NCBI RefSeq assembly: GCF_009914755.1
Contig: NC_060939.1
Direction: 5' to 3' (one strand)
DNA: 64,000 nucleotides
Origin: the human T2T-CHM13v2.0 reference genome, Homo sapiens
Positions within the stretch are counted from its first letter, which is position 1. Each line of letters opens with the position of its first letter. Of the stretch, positions 30,601 to 48,956 are shown piece after piece. Under the pieces are notes generated by a model. The model did no database searches. It was not told where the DNA came from and worked only from the letters and a program-made list of their open reading frames with translations. The translations under genes and the position numbers were made by a program.

Positions 30601-31923
30601 TGCTCAGTTATTATTTAGTCATTGATGCTGGGCCTCCATACAAGATGCTTATCTCTTACAGCAATATGCTCCCCCTCCTTTACTTTACTTAATTCTTATT
30701 TGTCCTTCAAGATTCTGCTCTGAAACCATCTTTTTCAGGAAGCCTTCCCCTGAATCCTTCCCTCCCTAAGGTTGGGAATGGTGCCACTTCATGATATACT
30801 GCAAGAATCTGTTTACTTCTGTCTTCCCCCTTGAGACTGCAAATTCCTCGTGTCCTTGAGGAAAGACTAGAACGCATCCAATTTGTGTATCTTCTGCATC
30901 TTCAGTGCTTGGGATGAAGCAGGTGCTCAAAAGAAAAATGTTTATCAGCTGATTGGACAAATATCTGCATGTCTATCCAATCTTCCTTTGTTGGCATATT
31001 TAACCCCACCACGTTTTGAAGACTCTGGATCAACCCACAGCACAGGGTGCTAACGCATCTGCCCCTCACAAAGCGTTAGCCTGAGCTAACCACATCAATT
31101 TTACCATCCCGTAGGATGACACCAAAAACATCGGTGTTTATATCTAGCCTCTCTTGAAAACTGCCACCTTTAAGCGCACAATAGAGTACTGAAAAAAAAA
31201 AGAAAGAAAGGAAACTGCCATCCCCTTTTTTTTTTTCATATGGGCCATTATATTTAAGTTGGTAATGTTGCCTTAAATTAAAAAAAAAGAAAAGCCCACC
31301 CCAGACTCAAATTTAAAATCATTCTAGGCTGAAGTGTTTGGTTGACGAGGGCTTAGACACAGATGCCAGCTAGTACGCCTTCCAAAAGTTCTTTGTATTA
31401 CTCCAAGACCCTTTCCAGCTTTCCTAAGAGAAGATTTGTAGAGGAAAATAAATATATACACAGTATATACACTGTAAGTAACAACATTTTAAAGTGTAAG
31501 CCCTTAGGGTTTGTGGGAACTTAATGTCTTTTTGATTAAAAATATCAACATTTCAATTTAACTGGAAGGTCAGGGAAACATTATTCTATTTTGCTAATTA
31601 TTGTTTTCCATGAGGGAATTTTTCCATAAGTATGAAGGATAAGGATCTTTTCTATGTCTAGTGATAAATACAATTAACTCTTTCAACAACCAGAGGCTAC
31701 TGCAGTATTTATAATACACTGGAATTCAAGTTTGAAGTCAATATTTGAATAAATGGATGTCTTCGGAGGCTACTGAAAATATTTCTATAGGTATCTCTCA
31801 AATGCCTATATATGAATCTCTGGGAAAAGCCACAAAAACTACATATTTGCTATTCTGGCAACTGCTATTAAATTGCTCATTGGTCAAGAATTTCGGATTA
31901 CTTTAAAAACATATGCCCAAGTA

Positions 31924-32278
<355 letters not shown>

Positions 32279-34123
32279 TCAAGATAGGATTACCTGATTT
32301 ATAGGTGCCTAGGGATGAAAGGACACTAGTAGGAAACTCTCTCCTGCCACAGTAGGAGGGACCTTACTTGTCATGGCCACTGGGACATGGGTTGATTCCT
32401 TCCATCCCACCATGGTTTTAGTAGCTAAGGTTTGGAGAGATAGCCTCTGAGCATTCTGGTTCCTCACCGGAACTCAGAAATGGCTTTTTTATGGAAACAA
32501 TGTTGTAATTCAGTGATTTACGGGGGAGCAAAGTATCTAGGTGGAGGACTTTTCTTAACTGCAAACACCATCTCACCTCCTCAAGATTCCGAAGTTCCCA
32601 GTTACAATCATTACCTTACAGCCACCATTAACAAAGGGAGTATCCAATAGAACTTTCTATTGTTTTATCTGTCATTACAAAATATACATTTAAGCTTCAA
32701 TATAGGCAAACCAGAATAGTAGAATATAGTATACTTGTCTAAGAGTTAACCATCATGGCTAGGATTAATTCTATAAAAATATATCCCAGGCTCCAAACAA
32801 ACTTTTATTAAAGTCTGTTAATGTATTTGAATCTTCTTATAGTGGCTTAGGGAAATATATATGTAAATAAGAATAAGGGATTATGTTGTTTGTTGGTTTA
32901 AAGAAGAAATAAAACTAAGATAATCTGCAAGACTACACTTACAAAAAGAAAAATCTTGAATTAACGTTAAAATACTTTCATATCCATTAATTCCTTCATA
33001 AATTTATGTTTTTGGAGATGGGTGTTTTAAGAATTTTTTTTTAATTAATCAAGTTGAGAACTCTTGGGGGAAAAAGAAGAAGGGAAACCATGTCCCCTTT
33101 TTCTAGTGGTAGTATTGTGATTTAGCCCATTCAACATAATTCTAGAAATGTCCATTTCTAGACTTTCACTCAGTGAGTTCCCTTCAGAAGCTGGGTTATT
33201 AAGGACAGGAGGGATGTGGCTATGCTGACTATTTAATGGAGAGGAGAGAAACAAACTGGGAAGGGAGGTATTTGGGCAGGACTGAACATTTTGAAGATCC
33301 TTAGGATGCTGTTGTAGGTTCGACACTCATCTTTCTCTCTTTACTTCTGAGCTCTCTCTGTCCCAGTGATCTGGGAACTGGTCCTGGCACGCTTAGTTCT
33401 GGTGCCCATTTATTTTCTCTCTCTTCTTTCCCCTGCTCTCTCTCCCTCTCTCCCTATGTCCCTTTCCTACTTCCTTCCTACCTCCCTCTCTGTGCCTGGA
33501 TAATTCCCACTCATCCTTCAGGCCTTGGTTTGATTGTCACTTCCTTAGGGAGAGCCTCTACAGCCTCCCCAATTAAGTTAGGTTTCCCCATTATTTGTTC
33601 CTATAACATCTTGGGCTTTGAAACACTCTTCATATTTGTAGGCATTTGTTTAAGGTGTGTCTTCCTGGCTAAACTGCAAACTACAAGAGTGCCAGTTGTG
33701 CCTCTAGCTCTAGCACCCAGCACAGTGCCTGACCCATGGGAAGTCTTCAGTAAGTAGTCATTAAATAAAGTGTTGAATAAATGAAGAATACATGAATGAG
33801 ATAAAATAGGACATGGAGGTATTTCCAAGTGAGCTTCAGTACAGGGGAGAACATGGTTGCAATACCACAAGGCATGCGTGGTACGTTCCTGACTATTAAA
33901 TCCTTAGGTTAAGAACCTCCAGGATGACGGAAAGGAGAGAGGAAGGAAATATGGCTGTCAGAGAGCATAACTTTTAAGAGATTCATACTTGCCATTAATT
34001 TAATTTGTTTAGTAATATTATTAAAGATTGGTTTGGAATTTTAAATAACTTTAAAGAATGGCATGGAATTTTAATTTCTATCATAAGAAGGCATATTTTT
34101 ACAGAACTTAAAATACTGCCTTA

Positions 34124-34461
<338 letters not shown>

Positions 34462-35390
34462 TGTTGCCTTAGGTTCACTACTCCGTTTACAAGATAGAGG
34501 AAGGTGGTAATCATACCTATACCAGAAAGAATAAATCTTCATGTATCCTTCACTATATAAAAAATAATAAAATTAATATATTACATTGGTGTAATTCCAT
34601 AAGAAATAAAAAAGTATCCTTGGAAGTGACTACCTTGTAGATGGCAAGTTCCTGCTAATTTGAGTCCTTAAATATGGTTATCCATCTGTATTCTCCACTG
34701 CATTATTTATACAGTTCAGTCATCTCCCCCTCTAAAACTGCAAAACTTTCCTTCCTGAAGAAATAAATATGCTCAACAACTAATGGGAATTAAAATGACT
34801 AACTCACAATATAACATGTTTTAATTAAAATATATTTCCAATCTGATAGTCAAGGTTGTGGAAAAGTTTTGTCCAACATCAATGATCACATGCAGTAATA
34901 AAACATTTACTACTCTGGCAAGTATGGGGTGGACAAGCTCCTAAATGAGATTCTCACATTTCAGACATCCTTTCGTTCCCTTTGCCAAGCCAGAATAAAG
35001 ATTTTATCTTAATCCTAATGGATCTGACAGGCATCAATTTTCACATTAGCTTACTACTGATCTTCTTTGAAGTGGAACTCCCTTGGGTTTCGAGCAGAGA
35101 AAGCACCTTTCCAGAGAGAGAGCTTTCATGATTTCAAGGCAGTAAAAGACTCCATAAAGCAAAACCATCATCATGGCAGATCACACAAGAGCAAGGGAGA
35201 ACCATGAGCCTTCCTAGTGACACATATGCAACATTCTGGGCCTATCTGAGAAGCCTACAGTCAAAGGATTATGTGTTTAGTGGTAGATACCTGACTTTTC
35301 AATGAAGTATTTAAGAGCAAGGGCCACATATGTCCATAGGACTTACAAGGAATAAGGAGGGTGGCAGATGGAGAAGGGCATTGTACCTAC

Positions 35391-35451
35391 CTATTGCCCT
35401 GCTTTGTTCTAAACAGTTCTCATATACACTGCTGCACTTGGAGTTTCCAGG
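35391..35451 (-). CDS. SHC4: SHC4 exon 9, CH1 region
   Basis: tgcag|CCT GGA AAC...GCA ATA G|gtaggt; 61 nt; PGNSKCSSVYENCLEQSRAI; phases 0 and 1 fit the neighbours. Confidence 0.94.
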
Positions 35452-36689
35452 CTGCATGAACAACAAATTATGAAACATTTACAAACATAGTACACATTCA
35501 TAAACTTAAAAGAAAAAATTTATAATAATCCCAAAAGAATATAGCAGACTTCACTTTCTGACACAGGAAATGTTTGACAGGTAAGAAAAGAAAATGGATA
35601 TTTGGGGTGAACAGAGAACACTCTTCATAGTTCATCGCCTTGGAGCTGCAGAGTTGGTTCTGATTCGGCTGGGGGGTTCTAAAGGCTACCAGTGTCCTGT
35701 GTCCTGAGGGTTACTGCTTCTGCTTGAGAAGTCACATGCCAGAACTCAATCCAAGTCTCAGCCAGAAAGTGATTTTCAGGACACTGCTATAAACATTGGC
35801 CATGTAGCCAACCTCTGTCTAATTTTGAATTGGTAGATTGGATTTCTACTCTACTCAGGTTTATGCCAGGCTCACGTCTCACCCTTGAAAATCTTATCCA
35901 AAGAACTTCGATCATCCCTGTACATACAACTCTCGTCAGCAATATACTGTGGGGGAGGGATCCACTTGATGCCTTTGAGATGAACAGTGTCTTTAGAAAG
36001 ATTAGTTTGGCAGCACTGTGCAGGAGGGTTTGAGGGAATGAGATTGGAGTCAGGAAATGGTCTTTCAGAATCATCTAGGCAAGTGAGGACCAGGACTTCG
36101 AAAGAGGCAGTAGAAACGGGAAAGTTTGGATAGACTCAAAACATATTTTCATGGTAGAATCCTAGGTCTTGAAGACTGAACTGATATGGGGCCCAAAGTG
36201 TGAGAAAAACAGAAGATTGTAGATTAATGAAAGACTGTCAGTGCCATCAATAAACCTGAGTAAATCAGTAGAGGAATCAAGTTTGGAGTCAGGGAGAAAA
36301 TGCTGAGTTCAACCTTGATATAGATAAGCAATGTAGTGCAATGTGGCATTACAGCTAGAGAGATACATAAGAGCCAAAGACAGAGAAGGTAGAGGAAGTG
36401 TGTACACAAGTGGCCTGCCAGAAGCAAGATAAAGGCCAAGGGTAGAGCCTAGGAGAGTGCTAATGTGGTGGTAGGGCAGGGCTTGTGTTTTTATTGGAGG
36501 AGATGAAATAAATGATAACATAAAAAGAAAAGGTAAGACTTACTTTGAAACATATCAAAAATAAGATGGATCAATGTATGATAATCAGCTACATATGTAA
36601 TAAAGCAAATATAATAAAATGTTAATTGTAGAATTGAGATGGTATGTGAGTGTTCATTGTATAATTCTTTCAAATAGTCTATATGTTTA

Positions 36690-39470
<2,781 letters not shown>

Positions 39471-40159
39471 AGAAGAGGGGTCAAACATTATAAAGAGATA
39501 CAGAATACTGAAGAAGGAAATAGATTTAGCAATTAAACCACTGGTGACCATTGTAAAAGTAACTTCCATCAGATTGTCAAGCAGAGTTCAGATCTTCCAG
39601 TATAGTGCACATGTTAACACAAAGACAGGGACAATGCTTTCTAGAAGTTTGTGGGTGAAAGGAAGATGACAAGGAGGTGGAACATTATTAGGTTGGGTTG
39701 AGGGAGTCCAAGTTTTTTGCAGGCAGAAGGAACCAATAGAGAAAGAGTGAAGATTGAGACAGAAGTTACTGGACAGAACTAGGACACAGAGTTGGCAGGA
39801 GAGGTTTGGATGAGAAGCACAGGGAAAAGATTAGCTTTGGAGATAGTTGCTAAGGAAGAGAAGCAAGGAGAACATGGGCAGACTTAGAGCTGTGGAGGGG
39901 TGAAGCTGAGGATAACATGTTGGATCGCCTCAGTCTTCCCAGTGAAGTGAGATATGAGATCATCTGCTGAGGCTACAATTGGGGGATTAGGAGTAAAAAT
40001 GATCTAGTGTAGCCTCTGACAGTTATTCATTCTCTGGCTCTGTATTTGAGGAAGACAGGACTTTCTCTAAACTAGCATTTGGAAATCCTCAAAGTAAATG
40101 CTCTAGTGATAAGGGCAGAATTGCATTGCTGGTTCCAACAACAATAAAACATTACATAC

Positions 40160-40331
40160 CAAATAGCACAACTTTTCACACTGTATGGGGCAGTAAGCCA
40201 TTTGTTCCGTGGCTTGAACTTTGATCCGCATATCTGAAACACCACCTACTGGTGGCTGCTTCCCTGGAATTTCATTGTAATATTCATGATCTTCTCTCTC
40301 CTCGGCATGGCTATCAATATGCACCTCCTCA
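40160..40331 (-). CDS. SHC4: SHC4 exon 8, start of CH1 with YYN motif
   Basis: cacag|T GAG GAG GTG...TAT TTG|gtatgt; 172 nt; EEVHIDSHAEEREDHEYYNEIPGKQPPVGG... with the Shc-family YYNxxPGKxPP motif. Confidence 0.97.
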
Positions 40332-41898
40332 CTGTGAAGGAAAAAAGAATCCTCAAGAGGCTGGGCGAAAATTCAAATACTGTAAGGGATGCAAGGGGAT
40401 CAGAACCAAGCAAATCATCCTGAAAAACTTTGCATTCATGTTTTCAGTTTATAGCTGTGCTTAAGTGATGTTAAACATTTGGATGGAAGCAGTCAGATGG
40501 TTGAGTTGTTTAGCTTTCTGTAGACAAAACGGGGTAAGCCAATAGAAAGTGCCAAGGGTGATGCTTTTGTGTCTCCTCCAGTGATAAAAATAATGATAAT
40601 AACAATATATGAACTTCCTAAATGTAAGATATTTTTGTCATAAGATCATAAAAATACAAAGTATTCTTGAGTATCTCCAGCACACTTTGATTGTTCCATT
40701 TTGGAAAGTTTTGCCCAGATAAAATTTAAATATTGTTCTTCGGGTATAGGGCCTGTCCCAGTTTATTAAACCAAAATGAAAAAAAAAATAAGAGAGCTAT
40801 GGCCAGCTATCTTGTCTGCACAGATCTGGAGGAGTACATGGGATTAACACAGAAATATTAGAACCATATGTGGCAAGTGGGTAGATTTATATAAACATGG
40901 AATTGTTTTTAAAATTGAAACAGGGCAAGACAAACAAACAGACTTTTCTTCCAAATTGGAATCAGGGAAAGTTTCTTACTAAAAAAAAAAAAAAAAACAA
41001 GAATAAATCAAGTCTATTTGGATTGAACTGATTCAACTGACAACTCACACAGTTTTGTTAGGTTCATTACATGTCAATAAAATGATAGCACTAAGACAGA
41101 AGTGCTATCCTGGGAAAAATTCAGCATCAAGGCCTCCTGGTAACACCCTCTCCTTTGCTACCCTAGACTACCTCATAAAAGGAGATCTCCAAACCTAGTA
41201 TTTGTTGATACACAAAGTGACATACCAGAGGAAAATGCATTTTAAAGTACCCAAGAGTTTTGTTTCTCCGGCATGAATTGTGTGAGCCAGAGGCATCACT
41301 GCATTCCACACTTGGTGAGGTCTGACAGGCCTGAAAGGGTTCAGCTTTCATTGCAGACTTTCTGTGCCTTAGAACAACCAAATCCTTGGGTCCCACCGTG
41401 TTCCACTCTAACCACAGTTTAGCTGAAGCCTATCTATTTACATTGCAAACCAACTGACAGGAATTCCTACAAGAGACATTTGATTCTTATTTTGCTCTTT
41501 GTTCTTGCTGTGTTTTTTTTTTTAACTGATATGTAAAGGATCTGGGGTTGAAACAAATCTGAGAAGTTTATTGATGTTTATTATTTTGATTTCAATTAAT
41601 TAATTCAAAGCTCTTTATAGTGCTAGAATAACAGAGATAATCTATTCTTACTTTTAGTGAGAAGGGATCTCTTTTAATCTTGTTACAAAGCAAGAGGATA
41701 TAACTGGATAAATATGAATGGAAGGAAAATATTATTTTGTACTGAGACTGTGTCTATTTGCAAGAAAAAAATTACTAATTTTATTAGTTCATTTTAAAAT
41801 GCCACATTAATGTTATATATACACACACAAATAAATATATACAGATAAATGCACACATATATATATATTGTCAAATTATTATAAAACTCTTGGCTGAC

Positions 41899-42022
41899 CT
41901 TTCACAAGAAGTATTCAAAGAAGGATTTTTCAAGTACTGTTTAAACCGGAGTTCAAAAGCCTGCCCTATGGTACTTATGACGTCTTGGGCCATTCCATTG
42001 TGGCATTCCAATATGTGACAGG
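41899..42022 (-). CDS. SHC4: SHC4 exon 7, C-terminal part of PTB domain
   Basis: ttgcag|CC TGT CAC...GAA AG|gtcagc; 124 nt; [33 protein letters not shown], typical Shc PTB C-terminal helix. Confidence 0.97.
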
Positions 42023-43099
42023 CTGCAAGAGGACATACAAAAAATAATATTATAATAAATTTTTAGAAAGAGAAGATTACATAAAATCAGAGTACTTCAA
42101 AACCATGAACTGATAATTGAATAAAAGGGAGCAGGATTACAAGCTCTCTGCAGCCATGAAATGATATAAAGAATACTTCACATTTCACATGAATCAAAGA
42201 GAAGAAAGATTCAAATTTTACATCAAAATATATCCAACACTTACAAACTGGGTGCTCAAGGCAGGGATTTGGGGGCCACATTTTTACAAAAGCACACTGA
42301 TTTGACTAATAATGTGACTAATGTTTAACTGCTAGCTCTTGAATTCAATATAGATTATGCTTAGGGCACTAATCTACACAGAAGGCGAAGTTTGAGGTTT
42401 CATATTTGTCATCTTTGCACGGTATGTTATGGAAGATTGAAAAAATATGACTTTCCAAATCCCTTCCAAAAGTGGGGAATGAGCTGTTGGTAAAGATAGG
42501 GGCTTTGGAATACGCCCCCCGCCCCGCTGCCACCCCTTTTCCCTGTCATTGCTATTATAAAGCACTGAAAAGCACAGCAATCCCCATCTTTGAAATCCCA
42601 CTAAAAAAGTGTCTTCAATAAGCATCAAAATCAGCACTGGGTGAAGGTGTCATTACCAGAAGATATGAGAGTTTATATTAGATACTTTTTCTGAGGCACA
42701 GTTACCAGGAAGGCGCTAGTTTTCACACAAAAATAAACAAGTTAGGGTGCGGGCAGGCATCTGACTATCACAAATGAGTAAGCAAATCTGCTGCTGCCAC
42801 TGAAAGGAGGAGCTTGTGGTTAGGGACTGTAAATTAATCTCCCTACCATATGTAACATCATTCCTGCCTTGGTTAGAATATGGCCTTGCAATATGAAGAT
42901 ATAATTGATGGAAGTTTCCTAATGGTGACCTAGAAAGAGTCCTAAGGATGGCTTAAAGACAGAGGCAATAAATCTCATGACAAATTTTTACAAAGGAACA
43001 TTGGGATAACCAGAAGAATTGAGAGATGAGGAAAAGTCCAATAACAGTTTAATATACACAAGAGTGTTGTAAAAATTGTCAGCTATTTTCTGAGAAAAG

Positions 43100-43270
43100 G
43101 AAAGCAGGGGAGAGGCAATGGGCTTAAAGGAGTGCATGGAGAATCAGATTAAATACCAGGGAAAGTATCTTGGGTCTCAGCATTTTGAAAACAAACCTGG
43201 AACACATTACTAAAAGGGATATCTGAGGAGAGGAGAGACAACCGTCTTTATGGACTGGTTTAACTATGCT
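43100..43270 (+). mobile_element. CR1/L3 3' fragment
   Basis: aggcaatgggcttaaa...cagattaaataccagggaaag...ctggaacacattactaaaaggga resembles the L3 ORF2 end. Confidence 0.45.
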
Positions 43271-43511
43271 AACTTGGAAGCATGATTTTATGCTTTGCAT
43301 TGTCTTGGAAAAAATTCATATTTATTTGAAGTAAAAGGCAATTCATTCACATCTAACAGAATTTGTAGAGCTGATAACAGTAAGTTATAACAGAACCTAT
43401 AACAGTGTTTCTTAGCCTTATGTTAATAATCACCTCAAGGAATCTCAGATATTCTCATTCCAAAACTAATTTGACTTTTACTTAAAAATTTTGTCTGAAC
43501 ACATTTGAAAG

Positions 43512-43514
<3 letters not shown>

Positions 43515-43548
<34 letters not shown>
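43515..43548. repeat. (TG)n microsatellite
   Basis: Uninterrupted TG run of about 17 units. Confidence 0.95.
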
Positions 43549-43549
<1 letters not shown>

Positions 43550-44104
43550 TGGTGGTGTGGTGGTATTACTAAATCAAACAATGCTAAGGTATCAAATCTT
43601 CATTCTTATAAAGTTGCCCCTTTAAAGTACAAATTGGATCCTGAAATAGACTTAGGAGCTAATTCCGGTTTTGAAACCCAGTTAAGAATATCTATAAATT
43701 TATGTCTTTCCTACCAAAGGAAAATATTTGGTCTATCTTTACACTGCCATTTTATATTGTTCCTATATTTTTCTCCACAGTAGCTTTACTTAGTGACCAA
43801 CAGATAGAAAATGCTCTAAACATATTTGTTGAATGAATAAATAGTGATTTCTCTGAATCATATGAATAGTGCTACTGTATGAAATTGTCTTTGAGTTTTT
43901 TGAAGTGAGAATTGCAGTGAGTCCCTGCAATGGGACATGTTCTTATAGCTACTAGGTGATATAAATTATTTCTTAGGTGATTTGTGGAAATAGTCTCCTC
44001 CTTGCTAGTCAGGCCTCATATCCGGAGACCTAAAAAGTACCCTTGGAGATGTATCCTCCAGTTGAGCCATGAGAAGCTGTGTTACATTATAAGAAAAGGT
44101 AATT

Positions 44105-44280
44105 CACTAGTCCCAGATACTTGGGAGGCTTAAAGGAGGGAGGAGAGAGGTTCACTTGAGCCCAGGGGTTGCAGGCTCTAGTGTACTGTGATCACACCTG
44201 TGAATAGCCACTGCACCCCAGCCTAGGCAACATAGCAAGACCCTGTCTCTAAAAAAGAAAGAAAGGAAGAAAGAGAGAGA
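44105..44280 (+). mobile_element. Fossil Alu monomer (FAM-like)
   Basis: cacctgtgaatagccactgcac (7SL/FAM-type segment) plus A-rich tail. Confidence 0.75.
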
Positions 44281-44437
44281 GAGCTTACATAATATCAAGT
44301 ATGGCTTAAATGATAAAATATCTCCTAACACTAATATGCTAGCAACCTAACCAAATAAATACTTTTTTTTTTAAAGAAAAGGTAATCCTTTTGTTTTTAA
44401 TCTCGTAAATTCCCAGTCCAATTAAAAATGAAGTCAA

Positions 44438-44765
<328 letters not shown>

Positions 44766-45339
44766 TCATATCAAAATGGAAACAACAATTTTTGCAATTT
44801 TATTTTTTCTTAGGATTGAGGAGATGTTGAGAGATGAAGATGAGGAAGATAATGAGAGAAGCAGGATACTTAAGCCTAAATAAATAAATAAGAAAAGCTA
44901 AATTGTACTTCCAGTGAGGGCGATGAGAGAATAGGATGTTTAAAAGAACTCCGTGAAAAGATTCAGATCTGAGTTCAAGTTCCAATTATGCCACTACTTA
45001 TGTGACCTTGAACAAGTCACTTTATGGCAAGGTCCTTGTCTGCCAAGACAATGTCCTGAGTCATCTTTGAAGTCTTTTTGTTTTACAGAAACCCTATTCT
45101 TCCTCTGTCATGGAAGCTCAAAGTCTCTGAGGAACAGGGCGGCATGTGGGTACACAGAAATGAATGAATCAATCAGACACATCAACCAGCCTCTAACGCT
45201 TCTGGCGTACCTCTAGAATGTCTTATTTATCTCAACTTTTCTGATTCTGATGCTTTGAGGTTTGGGTCCTGTTCATAGGCTGATGCTATCAACATAATTT
45301 TCTGCTTTTCTTTGGATTAGCCTATTACTACCATATTAC

Positions 45340-45469
45340 TTTATTTATTATAGAGACAGGTGTCTCACTACGTTGCTCAGACTGGACTTGAACTCCTGGG
45401 CTCAAGTGATCCTCCTGCTTCAGCCTCCCAAGTAGCTGGGACTACAGGCATGCCCCAACACACCCAGCT
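45340..45469 (-). mobile_element. Alu monomer (FLAM-like)
   Basis: Single reverse arm. Confidence 0.8.
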
Positions 45470-48400
45470 TGAGAAGACTGGACAAAAATAAAAGAACAAA
45501 CAGTGGTGTCTGTCTGTCTCCAGGCAAGATGCAACAGCAGACAAACAGACTGACCTCATGCAGATGTTCTGCCCAGTCTCACCACCTTCAGGGAGCACAT
45601 GTACTTTCACAGTTCCATTGTTGCCTCTCATAGACATGCTATGTTGCTCTATGGAAATGGTCTTTTTTAGGTTGGTCATGGGACAGGATAGAGGTGGGCC
45701 TTGAATCACATATAAATATGCCCATTTCCCAGGATTAAAACCAATTCCAAAAGCTTGGCCAAGAATTGCCCAATTTTCAGCTAAAGGGAAAGAAGAAAGA
45801 CAAGTAACTATATATAAAAAGAGCCAAGTCACAAAAAAGAGGGTGCCTTTTCAGGGATATGGTAACTTTGTTACCAAGGCCTGAGCTTTGCTTCCCATGT
45901 CTGGAATCAGATGAAAGTCTGGATTTTTTTCATCCCACCTGTAGCAGGATGGGCTCACACTTCCAGCCCTGGGTATCAAGTACTAAACTAAGATTCAAAA
46001 GAACCTGAGATACATATTCATCTGTCTTTTTTATTTGGTTATTGAATTAGGTAGTCATAAACAAGAGGATTACAACTATTACTAAAGGATAACAGACACT
46101 TCTTTACTACTTTTATATTTGTTCTTAATAAACAGTTTTTTTGTTTTGTTTCTGTCTTTTCCTTTTATACTTAGAAAACCAGAAATTCAAAAGTTCAGCT
46201 TTTCAGGTCAACCACCAGATGGTGCTATGGGATCAAAGCAGGGAGTCCTCCATACTTTAGGAAGAAACAACCTCAAAGAGGCAAGCCAGTATTCAGTTCA
46301 TAGCTAATTAATACCACCAGGACAGTCGTAGGCATACTTTATAACTATAAACATAAATAAAAATAAGTGGATTAATTTAAGTTGGTTTTACTGGTTTTGG
46401 GGTTTTTTTTTTTTTAACTTTCTTCAGAGACCCAGAAGCATGGCCTTCCTATATCCAGGTAGTCCAAGCAGTCCAGTCCTATTCACAGACTAGATTCAGG
46501 GAAAATATTAAAACATTCCTGGACTGCCACACATTTGGAGTAAGACAATGTGGATTTCCTCATTTACAGCAATTACAGAAGCAGGGTGTATTAATCACTA
46601 ACTAAACTCAAAACATTCTTACTGGAACTTAACCTTTTCTATAAAAAAGGCCTTTGATAAAATGAAGAGTTCACTAAAGGGTCCTAGCCAAGATGGAAAA
46701 AGTGGGAACTGCCCTGATTTAAATGCACTAATGCTAAAAGCGAATCAAGCAAAAGGAAGAGTGGGAAGCTTCGGGATTGTCAGCATGAAGCCCAGTCTCC
46801 TCTGCTCATCTCCACTTCCTGTCAACCATACTGTCCTCCTCATCCCTGCAATCTGGCTCCTGCCTTTCTAGGTGTACAAAAATTGAGCTTTCCAGAGTGA
46901 CCAGTGGCCTGTTAATTGCTGGGCGAAATAGCATCTTCCCACCCTCATGCCCCTTAACTCCTTTTCAGTGTGTGACCATCTGAGATGTCTCCTTCAGAAG
47001 AACCTTGCTCTTCCCCTCTGTTAGGTAATACTCATTTCTTGACTTCCTCCTGTCCCCTGACTACTCCTTAGGCAAGTCACTGTCTCCTGTGGCTTCCCCC
47101 ACTCCCTGACATCCTTAGCCCTCTTCTTTCTAGGTTCTGCTAAGAAGTTGCAGTTTTTTTCTGCACCTGCAGGCCTGGCCTGCCTCCCTCCCCTCCCTGC
47201 CAGCCCCACCCCCAGCCCCAGACCTACTCTCTGGGCTTCTCTTGTCTGCCATTTTCTCCTGGATGAAACAAACTTGCTAGTTAATTTTATAACATCAGCT
47301 TTCTGATTTCATTATTTTAAAACATTTATTCAAAGGTTTTGGATATTTTTTCTTTTTATAAATGTAATAAATATTCACTGTAAGAGTTTTAGAAAACAAA
47401 AAGGCACCAAGAAGAAATAAAAATTACAGAAAATTTCACTATCCAGTGGTTATCTCAATAACCACTAGGAACATTTTGCCATATGTCTTTCCTATCTTTT
47501 TATAATGCGTATCTACCCAGAAAAGTCACCTGGGATTATACTATACACAATCTTCATAATGTTTTTTGCATTAACAGCATTGTGAATATTTTTCCCATAT
47601 AATTACTTATTTTTCTACTATTAGCTTTAATTGCTGCATCATAGTACATTCTATGAGTTTATTTAATTTGCTACTTATGAATACTAAATTAATTTTGTCT
47701 TATGATATAAATAATATACAAAAATGATCTATATTGCTTAATCTTTGTACGTATCCTAATTATTTCCTCAGAAATAAAACTACTGGTTCAAAGGCATTTA
47801 CATTTTTAAGATGTTTGATGCAAATGATCAAATTGCTCTTTAAAATGTTTGAATCTAAACTCTTTATCAGCAGTGTTCAAGAATAACTACTACTCGAAAC
47901 CACATTTTATCTTTTTTCAATGTTTGAAATTTGGAGATGAAATATGATGTCTAATTATAATTTGTGTGTCTGATTGCTAGTGAGGCTAAACTTTTTTATT
48001 TTTCAAATGTTTCTTGGTGCCTTGCCATGTTCTTTTGTGTGCTCAGGACGTAGAATCTGTCCATCCACTTAATGGCTGGGTAATCTTACGAAAACCGCCT
48101 TATTTTTCTCACCTCCAGTGTTTTCTTCTATTTAAAAAAAGGAATGATATGTTTACATACTCCCTAGGGCTGCTGTGAGGATGAAATGAGATAATGCAGA
48201 TGGAGTACTGAAAATGCCTGGCACATAGTAAGCATGCAATAAATGGTAGCCATTTTTCTTTGCCTATTTTTTTTACTAGATTGTTTGTTTATTCTATTTA
48301 TGAGAATTTCTGTTTCTTTAGTGGCAACATCACTCCACATCACACAGAATAGTAATAATAGCTACCATTTACTGCCTAGGTGCTATAAGCCAGGTATTGA

Positions 48401-48549
48401 AATGTTTGCATTGCATATGATATCTCATTAAATCCTCAGGAACATCTGATTCCTATTTCTCCATCAATCTAAATATCTAAATAGTCATCAAGTACTATTA
48501 GTTCACAAATTTGACCCAAACTCTTCCTTCCTCCTCCAGTGCCATTTAG

Positions 48550-48956
<407 letters not shown>

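Noticed and set aside
35341-35390. Alternative GTAAGT donor 44 nt beyond the exon 9 donor
   Set aside because: Poor exonic context (CTT) and frameshifting; no evidence of use
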